Origin: Phoronis australis
Lineage: Eukaryota; Animalia; Phoronida
Direction: 5' to 3'
NCBI GenBank assembly: GCA_002633005.1
Contig: NMRA01000310.1
Span: 4,624 to 68,623, forward strand
DNA: 64,000 nucleotides
Shown here: in pieces, positions 13,314 through 64,000 of the stretch
Position numbering within the stretch: the first letter of the stretch is position 1
Layout: the number at the start of each line of letters is the position of its first letter
Notes under the pieces: generated by a model
The model's database searches: none
What the model saw: the letters and a program-made list of their open reading frames with translations, nothing else
Told to the model about the DNA's origin: nothing
Program-made: the position numbers and the translations under genes

Positions 13314-14545
13314 CGACCTTTGAAAAGTTACATAATATACTATGTAATATGTACATCAATTCACACAAGTCTTTCTGTCTGTTGAACACATGTTACAAAG
13401 GGTAATGCGCAAACTACTAAATCTATATTAAACATGAAAACTTTCAAATGAACGGTACATTAAGACCACAAGTTTTCATATAAGCAAGAAACAATTTGAA
13501 AAAATTCAAATACTCGCAAACACATGTTAAAACCACGTTGTACTTATTTTCTGTGTTAAACACACACTGTCTGTAGTCAAATGAATCTAAGTGATCACTA
13601 ACTGGTCTCAAACCAGTTTTTATTCGTTGATGACTCAACTAGCCATACCTCCCTGTTAAAATTTCAAATGGGAGCTTAATATTATTTAAAACTTAAATAT
13701 TTGCACTCCCTGTTCGCAGCTGTCCATCCCAAATTCGTAATGATCGCTTCGTCACGCTAAGCTAAAGAAGGACTACTTCAAACTACATACCACAAACAGG
13801 AATCACTTGCAATTCGAAGGTTGCAAAAATCTTAATCAAAATAACAAAAATGAAAATAGTTCAGATATGACTTGCTACATAAGACAAGTTTGTCTCGAAC
13901 AGCTGGCACTACGCACCACACTAACATCCTCAAACCAGGGCTGCATTCCGTAGAGTAAATTTCATGCCACAAAAGCCAAACCACGCGAGTCTGTGAGATA
14001 TCATCATGCATTACAAGCACAACAATTTGGTCACATTATTTGTGAATGTTTTGTCTCTACAGGATACACTGCAGCAAACTGATTCTGTGAGCAGCAGAAT
14101 TTGTGGTAACATAGTGGTAGTTGATTAACAAACAAATGTGAACTGACTACAGCATGCTTGTGATACTTTCACCTACAGTGAGATAAAAATCTATTGGTTT
14201 AGGAAACCCAGATACACTGCATAACACTGAGGATGGGGCACACTAAAATAACATCTAAGCTCAAAGATCACAGATAACAATACTAATCTCACAGTTGACT
14301 TTGTTCTCTAAAATACATTCCTTTGTCAGTAATTGGGACGTGATCCGTAAACACTTGTGAGTAACGCTAACGCGATCACATGCTTCCCTTTAACGCAGAG
14401 TGATATCTCATGAAGACTTGCGTGATGTCGCTTTTCTTGAAGAAACACACTCTACGGAATGCAGCCCAGTACGTTATTGGTTCACAAATTATTAGAAATA
14501 CCATATACGACCAAGCACAAGTGGAGATTTCCCAAGCCAATTACT

Positions 14546-14760
14546 GAGCAGGCAGTATGGCCTTGTGGAATATGTGTCCGGTTCCTTTACTCAAGGACTT
14601 GGGTTCGAGTCCCACTAGGGCACACTGCTAGACCCTGCGGTCAGGTCTCCAGCTCCTCATTTCAGTTTTAACTATATATTAATTAAGCATAAAAATGGTT
14701 TCAGGTGATCAGTGCATTGGGCTCACCTGAGCGGCCAGCACATATCTGCACCTTTAAGCT
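14546..14760 (+). mobile_element. tRNA-derived SINE-like element in the predicted Cav2 3'UTR (antisense to Cav2)
   Basis: tggccttgtgg (A-box-like) ... gggttcgagtccc (B box); no intact tRNA fold. Confidence 0.5.
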
Positions 14761-16622
14761 ACAGTTATCAAATTCTCTAGAACTTAATAAAATTGGGAAT
14801 CGACACATTCTGCTACTGGTGTAGATGTGAAAAAATCTTTACAAAGATAAGACTCTCTTTAATTAACAATGACTGAAGTGTGTTCAAAAGAGGGCGATCC
14901 TTGCAAATAAACCATTCTGCCGTGATAAATGATCAACATGAGTTTTTCTTTTAAACGTTACGCAAAATGTACACAGTACGATATTAAGGTTACGGAAACT
15001 TAAAGAGCAATAAATTGGCTGAGAAATAGGCACTTCATGCCTTCACACCAAATAAATGCTTGAATATTTGAAACAATTCATGTTGATCACCATAAAAAAA
15101 AAACAGTGCAGGTGGTCTGATGTCATTTGCGGTGCATCAGATGTGCGCAGGCCTCATGGTTGGGCCCATTGCACAAAACACCTGAGCAAAGGCACGAGAC
15201 CCCAATTATGGCTCCTCGTGAAGAAAGTTCTCAAGTCTGCCAGTCTCCTTTAGGAAAACGGACAGACGTTTCCATTTGATCACCATAAAAAGCCGAATGG
15301 CAGTTTTTTGGTTAAAATCAAAAATCATTCTGTGCTTGTATCAATAAAAATGAACAAGTCATCATGGAAATATAGAGCTGCACAACAGGTGGTACAAAAT
15401 TCTTCCATCAGGGAGAAGATAATTTTTAAATTTGCCATTTTTAACTTCTCATAGGTTTACTAGTAGAGCAAAAGGTCATGTTATCTGGTGACAGCTGTGT
15501 TGTACAACCCGGGTTAACAGTTAGGTATAAAACACGGCCTCATTTATGCTGAAAATTCCACATAAAAAAATTTCACTGCCTCCATTAAACGGAAAAACTT
15601 TACCACACAAGTTCGCAACCATTCAAGGTATGCACTCTTCACGCCAAGAATTGTACGACGACACTTGGTTTACCTCAAAATCCAACTGCTGCCTCGTGGT
15701 TTGGTAATTGGCCCAAATACGTTGCACACTCAACAGAATTAATGAGGAACACATTATTGCAACATTAAACAAATGTTTTAGGTCTTAAATCATGTGTGCT
15801 TTTCACGAACTATTCAAATATGCTATTTAAAAATTTTGAAACGAAAATTTAAAAATACTATTGCCACCCCCAATGTGTTTATGATGGGTCTAATTATCTA
15901 GAGAACGATAACATCAGCAGCCTGAGGCAATTTGATTAATCACAACTGCACGGTGTCTTTGATTGAAACTGGCATTTTCTGAGGTGCGCAAACCGGTAAA
16001 GCTGCCCAATCTCAACTGGTTAGGGTGTCTGAACGTAGAATTCTGTTCATGTCCGCTGAATACACTAACTTCTAGACCTCATTTTAAACGTCAGTCTGAC
16101 TCGCGTGGTACTAGAGCTATCTTTCTCTCTGCAACACGCTTTACAAAGGATACGAGAAACAACGACCAGTATATACAGACAGTGGAAACAGCCAGGGACC
16201 AACACAAAAATGTTTTCGTGAAAAAAAGATGGCACGTGCTCCTATCGACGAGGTGCCTCAAGCGGATTATGTTCCTATCAATAAATACGCCGTCACAACT
16301 CCAATAATCTCACCAGTTAAGCTGTGCTAATCAAAAATACTCTAGGCCACACAGTTTCCGAGTTACGAACTTGTGCTATTAAAAATCCCTGGTTAGAAAA
16401 GGTTCACCTCACATTTATCACTGATAATAAGACAATGTTAATAATAGTTGCATATATCTCTTCACACGGTCCACACAGCCTTAAAGCACCAAAATATCAT
16501 TTGGATAATCTACTAGGCTATATTGACTTCCAGCAGATTGCCTGTTACACCAGTGTAGTGCCAAACTACGGAACACCAATAATTTGGAATGTTCTTCACA
16601 CTAAACGTCGCTACTTTAGATG

Positions 16623-56168
<39,546 letters not shown>

Positions 56169-59023
56169 CTGGAATACCATGTGAACGAAGAGTTAGTGCA
56201 ATACGATTACTCAGGGACGAGGATTGGCCGAACATAAACTGCAAGTTAACAGCTGGTAGAAATTAGGATCGAAACATATCGGAAAAGTCTGAAGTTTAAG
56301 TCCTCAACAAAAAAATCTGACCTTGTCCACATGGTCACATTTTTCTTCTGAAAAAGGAACTCTTCCTTTACCTTCTCAAAAACTTTTACCAAATACATAT
56401 ACCGTTCTTGCATCATTGTTCATCCACAATAAAATGCCAGTAACTAGTCTTTGACCAAAATGTGATGTTTTCATCTCTACACAGTCAGGCACAGTGATGT
56501 TTGTAGAAAATTTCACTCTTGAGACTGATTTCAAAAGTTGAATTTCGATTGAACTTTTCACAAAAAGAAGGTATATCGGTTAAGAATTAAATTTTGTTTT
56601 CAAATAAAAAATTAACCATGTGGACAGAGCGTAGGTATCGTGTGTTATACAACAAAAATGGGCTCGTTTAAGAAAACGTGACCTATGAGTTGAGTCATAA
56701 ATCTCGTCTTGCGCTCCACACAACTATTTGAAGAATAATTTTATCTCCCCTCTGAACAAAAGTACAACTCTAGGAAAACATATAAGCACTTGCTAGTTGA
56801 TCAGATAATTTTGATAAATTATTTCTGAACCCCGATGTGCTAATGATTACAAGGCAAAAACTTTATTAATTTCTGAAATAGTGAATTTGGAGCGTCATGT
56901 CCCCATTTCTGACTCGCGTCTTACATCACATTTCATGACACAGATCCCAGAGGTCAGGCTAGCGTTCCGTAGACCACATTTCTTGAGAGAAAAGCGACAT
57001 CACACAGGAAAACCACGCCACCAGAAGACGAGGGTATTACAAATGCTTGAGACTCCACTAGCGTAACCTAACAGACTGGTAGTCACTGAAGCAATTGGTC
57101 GGCGAGGTTGGAATGATGAATTATACATAAAATCCACCATTTTCATTCCATTAGCGAAGATTTCTTGCTGCAAGTGCATGACTGATACATTGTGACTACG
57201 GAACACAGCCTAGGTGAGTCTCACTACATAACGGTGCTATCAACGACAGTATGCTAGTGTGTCCACACACTCCAAGAATGGGCAAGCAAGTAAAGACAGA
57301 GCACGGTCAAAAGTGGAAAATGCTATGCAATCAATATGATGCAGATTGAAACTCTATGAGCAAGGGCCATAATAAGCAGTGAAAAGTGACCGCGGATGTT
57401 TGATCATATGCAAAGACAGAAAACTGAATAGAGCCCTTTCAAGTGCCGAATCTACAAAAAAATATAGTGAACGTGTACATCAGCAATAGTTAAATGATCA
57501 ACACTGATCATGAGCATGGTTCTTGCTCATATCGAGTTTTCATAACCCATGACTGATGTAGTTTCAACGAGTTATTTGTCAAACAGAAAGCAGACCTAAC
57601 AGTACAATGTCAAAAGTATTCGGACAAAATGACCCAGAATTCCTTGTCATGGCTAGGCACAAGTCGAACTGACCATTAAAATATCTTTCCCATGAACGAG
57701 GATGAAGGGAAATGAACAGGAAAGTTGGAAAGGTGGCTATGCCATTCTGTATAAATTAGAATTTTGATGCTGTAATAACAAATTTTTGCTGTTAACAGAA
57801 TTAGCCGTCACGACAGCGTAACAGTGTTTCACCCATTTACTTTTGTCATGTACTGAACAGTGATGCATGAACACGCATCGCATGCATGAACACGCGATGC
57901 AGTTCACGAAATGAATTTTTTATTGTCATGACCTGATGGAAGTTTTCACTGAGATTTAACTCTTTTTCGTTCCGTTAGGTTTTCCAAGAATGAAAGCCAG
58001 GTTTTACAGGTGGAAATATTGAACAAATGCCTGGTGTTCATATATGATCATCTGTATGAAGACCTGAATGATCACTGTAAGCAGTGATGAATAAGCGATT
58101 CATGATCAGTGGTAAAATCTATTTGATCACACGTGACCAAATAGATACTGTTCTTGACTGATCACCTAAGAGAAACTTAACGACCTCTGGTGATTTTGAA
58201 TATTTTTTTACATACTAGGCGAGTTTCACCACCCAAGGGCATGATCAAAAACCAGCGACATTCTGTTGCTAAGAAGGCGATCACATACAAAATAATATAG
58301 TGCTTGTGCCTCCTCCAAACACCCTAGATCCGCCACGGACTGTTTCATGAACGTGACCAATAGTGATAGAGACATTTTGCATTGAACACTTGTGTTCCTC
58401 AAATGCATGACCTTCACGATCACGATTAAGAAGAACACTATTTTACCAATGCCTGATAAAAGCCTGAAACTGAGTTACCGGTATGTGCATTTGATTGACA
58501 GGGCTTCAAACCAAACACTCAACACAATTTGTATAGCAAGTCTATGAGTTGAGAAATATTCAACAACGTTGACAGTACAGATTGAGGCTACTGTAAGGTG
58601 CAGAAAGGCGTCAGTGATGAAGAAAATCTGAACTATAAGACACAGTGACCACTAACGCTATCTATTGGTAGGGGTTCACATGTACGGCGCTAAAGCTAGA
58701 TACAGTGGAGACATTACTAATAAGAAAAAACATGGAGACTTGCACAACATTGTTCAATATGAGCACACAATTATTACTGGTCCAGGAGCATACTGCACTG
58801 TTGTATAGACAACGTAGAGTTCACCTTAAGAAGTCGTCACGACAACCAGTAGTATTTTCGACATTCATTCAAAGGTTGTTCCACTTCACAAATGGGACTG
58901 TTGGAGTGCAACGTGAGATCACCATATATGGTCATGCCAACAAGAGCTGGTACAACATGGTGGCAGCCCTTCATTGGCTGAACAGTGTCATGTGATACAT
59001 AGAACAACCCATGCTAGCCTTAC

Positions 59024-59077
59024 GCAGACCCCCCAAGGCAAGGCTCAGTAGCTGCAGCGCTAAGTTCCAGTTCTAGG
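59024..59077 (-). CDS. cac: Candidate 54-nt Cav2 cassette exon (IIIS3-S4 loop), x-LELELSAAATEPCLGGS-A
   Basis: ttttgcttcttgcag|54 nt|gtaagg; open in phase 2-2. Confidence 0.5.
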
Positions 59078-62000
59078 CTGCAAGAAGCAAAATGATAACT
59101 CACTGGTAGATGGCAGTGTAGATGAAAGATCATGTGCCAAGGACAAGACACGACATGACACGAGACGAGTAATGACAACAGAAACACCAGCGCACACGCT
59201 GGGCACAGTAGGACTGTAGACTGTCCACTAAACGCTGCATATCGAACTCCAGAGTCAGGTGGAGCAAAAGTTCAATATTCTTAAAGGCAAACATAAAACT
59301 TCTGGCGCACTTACGCTAAAAAGTCTCCACTTTGGGACAATCTCTGAAATTTGAGACAATGAAATTACAAGGCAAAAATTGATTTTTTTTATTCTGCACC
59401 AAGACTTGGACATAGGCAATTTTGAAATCCATCTTCTAAAATATTGTGCAACAACATAATCAGAAAATAGACCAGCAGTTCCTACATAATTGTCAAAAAC
59501 AGCCGGTGATGCATCCGTATAGTGTGTAACATCGATTGTTGTTGATTGTAATACTGGAATTAGGGACGGCCAATATTGCCTTGAGTATTTCTAAGATTTG
59601 GTTCAAATTCCTAATGACCAAATCTAGAAAATTTATACCGTAGTTGCAACAATCACAGGAAAGCCAGCACCACTGACTAAAACACGAGCAACGTCACCCA
59701 CCAGTCCTGAATTGGAAACACCTAGACCACCGTGTCTTAAAAGCACCCAGTTCAATCACAATGGTTAGGAATCAAAAAGTTCCACCAAGTATAAGACATT
59801 TGGAAAAAGAAGAGCTGCCAGGCAAAGAAACAGCTGTCGCCAATCTCATTAAGTGTTTCATCCTTGGCAAGGCGTGGGAACAAAATGTGATTGCAACCAT
59901 GAGGGGAATTTTTCAATAACTGGAGGGTAATTCTTAAGCCTGATGAGGGGAATTTCACGCGATTTTTAAATATTTTTCATAGGGAAGTGGGTCCAAATAT
60001 CGACATCGAGGGCCGTAGTATCAGATACCAGAAGACAGAACCCACACTGAACAATCACCGTTTGAGTGAAGATCACACACAAACACACACACACACACAC
60101 ACACAACTTATAGAGAACACTTCACAAGGTATATATACCCATCATCAAGGTCTCCAAATACTAGGCTGTGAAGCAAGATAAGCATAACAGTTAAACATCG
60201 AAAGAAATAGCTGGAGAAATCTTGGATACAAGCTATCCATGGGCTTGCCTAATATGCCTATGAAGCCTACTTGACGGAAGCGCCATCTGTTATTAATACA
60301 CGGAAGCGTAGTTGGCAACAACAGTCAGAGAAACAGGAAGTGACATCACACAAATTCGTCTTTATGGTAGCTTGAGATTGTAAAATAAGATGATGAGGAC
60401 CGCTAACGGCAACGAAAAAAGCATTTTGAGTTTTGCACAGAACAATACGCAATAAAAAGGCAACATTTGGATTTGAAAACGGAGTTACTAACTAAGGCAT
60501 CAGTCAAGATCAGGAATATTAGAAATGTATCAGGAAATCTGTCACCACTTGAATACAGCACCAAGACAAAGTTCACAATGAATCAAGGCATGGCATTATT
60601 TCCAAATAATTACTAAATTACGTTGACAGACGATTTATTTGGGAGCCAATGAAAGAAATTAATATTACAGAAACAAATAACCTCACGTGCTTCTTCATGT
60701 TACATTATGGCTTAATAAGAAAGCTGTGTTGGTTTGATGTTGGAATTTGTGTTAAATACATAAAAAGTGCCCAGAACCACATAACTGCAGCATCACCATT
60801 TGAATTCCAGCCAATGGTTAAGGACTAACATTGTTCCACTGATGCCCTCTTACAGAACCATAAAAATTGCCGAAGTTTGCCAATTTCACACTCTTAAAAG
60901 CATTAAGTGAGAAAATGAATTTTAAACTTTTATTTGAATATGGGAAACCTGTAATTCTTTCGAGACATGAAATTTCGTTTAAATCTGAACCATCTCTGTA
61001 CCTACTTGAAATTGCGTTTGCTATAAGACATAAGTGAACCTTTCATTCATGCTAAATTTTATTGGACACGGTCACATGACCCAATCAATGGAAGCTTGTT
61101 GGTGTAAAGGCAAAAATCAAACTCTAATCTGGCTTTCTACTTTTAAACCTAACTTCAACAGAATTTTGTTATTTTAGACGTATTGCGGTAACCAGATAGT
61201 ACGAGCAAAGCCTCAGTAAAATATTAAGAAAACGCAAGTTTGATCACGCAAATGTAAGCCCCTCAAATGGTACGTGAAGCTGCCTTTTCATGCCACGTTG
61301 CATCACCGCGACATCCCAGCACAAACAAAAAAGGTCGAGAACTGTTATATTGAATAGGGATCTGAGTAGAATACCATTGCGTGCGGGTGTTATTCACAGC
61401 TGTTTGAATTAAAAGGTGATTCTCACAGCGACATAGACAAAAGCAAACCAGATACGCTTATTAACATTTCGTTACATCTGGCAATCTGTGGCACTAGTGG
61501 GCTCAAAGCGATGCTCTTTGTTGTAAGAACCAAATTTACAGCAGATGTTGCTGTTCAAATTATATAATACTGTATTGCTGGGTTTGATTGAATGCACAGA
61601 CTTGCTGGTAAAGTCCTATGTGACCTTAAGTCTGACACACCGCCAGCATATTAAACCTTCCACACAATGTATTCCATAAAAGAAAGATGTCACGCCCCTC
61701 ACCAGTCAACCTGCAAATAGGAGAGAAGCCATACAAGTGAAAGCTACTCACTAAACTACCAGGACTATTCTAATACCAACACTACTCCACTGAATCTGAT
61801 CAACAAATAATAAACAATAACAATACAAAAGCCCAACTGATACTCGAGTATGCAGAAAGGACTAGTTAAACCATAAGACTTAAAGTATTTGACGTTATGT
61901 TGTTTAGTATAGCTGAAAGAAAATTTTTAAATCAATTTTCTGCAAAATGGTAGAATTTGAGGCTACACGGAACCTTCACACAACAGTTCACTTGAGACAC

Positions 62001-62781
62001 ACGCGAATTAATAGATAACAAAATCAAGTTAGAATTGGAGACAGATTTCGTCGTGGTCTCTTAATTCTCACTGCTTTTTCGTAACAGCATCAGAAATGAT
62101 GAATTTCCAAGATGGCCGAGGGCAGATATGATGGACAACCAAAAATGGCTGACGACAAAAATGAAAAATTCAGATATTATATTTACTGGTGACTTTGGCA
62201 ACTGGAAAGACTGTATCTCAGATGATTTTTAAATGGAGCAAAATCATTGATGATGAAATTATTCTAAGTTCAATTTCCATTTCATACAACTACTATGCTC
62301 CCCATCTCCAAGACAAAAGCTTACGCCGTTCTTAATTTAATTTTCCGTTGTTGCTCTATACCATATTTACATAATTGTGATTCAGTATTTTAGAATAGTT
62401 TCACATTTTCAAGGATCAGGTATCTATTTGCAACAAATTAAAGTCAGGACCACACAGAGTTTGATTACTCGACAGATAAGCGAAAAAGCACAATGGACCA
62501 ATGACGACGAGAATCTCCATTGAAGCGTTCAGCATAAACAAAAACAATACTCTGGTTAGACGTGATGGTACTATGCGCAATGAAACAACCAACGCTCACA
62601 CCTCCTGGCTGTATACTCTTTATAGACTGAAGACCGGACGGGAGTGCCACCTATGGGTCTCTCAGTGAGACCTACGTTAGTAGGACAGGTGTTAGTTGAA
62701 TTGTGAAGAGAGTAAAGACAAATAGTTGTCTCCGGGGGTGAGACTGCTTAACTAGAGGGGGGGACAGTGTGGCTCACTTAC

Positions 62782-62799
62782 CCCTTGCCATCCTTAGTC
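62782..62799 (-). CDS. cac: Candidate 18-nt Cav2 microexon (IIIS3-S4 loop), x-TKDGK-G
   Basis: gatattacag|GACTAAGGATGGCAAGGG|gtaagt; consensus donor, open in phase 2-2. Confidence 0.55.
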
Positions 62800-63127
62800 C
62801 TGTAATATCAACCATAGCAATCAAAATGTGGTCTACTATAAGACGACAACAACCTCGTATTACTCCGCCTCCACCACTACTGCACCACTACCACAAAGAA
62901 ACCACTACCCACACCCAAAGTAGCACCGTGTACCAAGTACAGAAACTATTTGTCTTTAAATGGCGTGTGAATTTTGGACTGGATTTGGAATCATGGGATA
63001 TATCAGTAAAGAGTATACACCATCTCAAATTATAGCACATGAAAAACCCAGTGAAATGATAGGTGACAGCAACAAACCAATGAAATGATCTCATACTAAG
63101 ACATGGTGGTCACTCTGCATGTCTTAC

Positions 63128-63145
63128 CGCACAACTTCAGGATCA
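63128..63145 (-). CDS. cac: Candidate 18-nt Cav2 microexon (IIIS3-S4 loop), x-DPEVV-R
   Basis: ctttgtatttcag|TGATCCTGAAGTTGTGCG|gtaagac; open in phase 2-2, matching the phase-2 start of exon 56063-56168. Confidence 0.6.
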
Positions 63146-64000
63146 CTGAAATACAAAGTGCGCCAATGGTTAAAACGGGGAAAAGTGAAAAGGAGGCTTA
63201 AAAGAAACGGAGTAGACAGAAACGGAATTGTGCAGAACGCAAGAGCAGCTGTTTATGAAGCCTGTATTTAATTTTTCATAGTGGTACAAAATGTTTTTAA
63301 TTAACTCACCTGATACATTTACGCTATGTAAAATGACTGGAGTACCCATTGATAGGTAATGGGTAATGGTTATTAGTAAGTGTGGCATTTTGTCAATGAA
63401 TGTCAGCCACGTGCATGGAATTTTGGCCGTCAAGCGGTCAGTCATTAAAACGAACGTCACGTGTCTCTGCACGAGCAGAATGCCAAGTAACCCTCAGCCT
63501 ACTGCGTTACCCTTTATTTGTTTATCTACCAATAGAGCAAGAAACAAGCTCACGTGCGGCAAAACTGTCATAATCTACACACAACATAATAGGCAACAGT
63601 CACTTACAGGGGTCCTGCATTTTGAGGACGTTTTCTCTACTGAAAAATGGCCATCGAACTGCTTCTTAAAGTCTGGGATCCCTGTAAGTAACTATGCAGA
63701 CATATGGATGTCAGGCTTAATTGCCTTGTGTGCAGTGTTAAAATGCCATGTTGGGTATTAAGATGTAGCACAGAGCTGATGGAACAGGCGCATTTGACCG
63801 GATGTATCACAATTGGAATAAAGTTCTTAGTACACAGTCAAAGATTTATAATGTTTCCGGATTTCACTTTGAGGCCTCTCTCAAACTAATAATGACGTAA
63901 GAGGCTGGGACCTGTGATGTTATCCCGACACATTTCCAGATGTCCGTCAGACGTCCCCATGCAGGGCGACATCACACAACCCAAGTCTCTCATGCCATCA

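Noticed and set aside
14546-14625. tRNA genes here and at about 1190, 24895, 33800 and 51470
   Set aside because: Only A/B-box-like motifs; acceptor and anticodon stems do not pair, so treated as SINE heads.

Overview
Intron-rich animal (invertebrate bilaterian; taxon not identifiable from sequence alone) genomic DNA with two convergent genes. On the + strand is a complete NELF-B/COBRA1 gene (10 coding exons, 2162-11163, about 567 aa). On the - strand is the 3' part of a Cav2-type voltage-gated calcium channel alpha-1 gene, from the domain III S3-S4 loop to a C-terminal DDDWC PDZ ligand (stop at 16623); its 5' part lies beyond the window. The main finding is an elaborate predicted alternative-splicing system in Cav2. 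Four tandem homologous, frame-preserving exons (47517-49316) each encode the domain IV S1-S2 loop plus S2 helix and should be mutually exclusive. A series of candidate microexons sits in the domain III S3-S4 intron, and two more follow the IQ exon. A second recurring pattern is short tandem duplication across exon edges, giving decoy splice sites. Introns also hold several MITE families, tRNA-derived SINE heads, minisatellites and an assembly gap. Exon coordinates were read by hand from GT-AG boundaries and frame continuity; no expression data were available.
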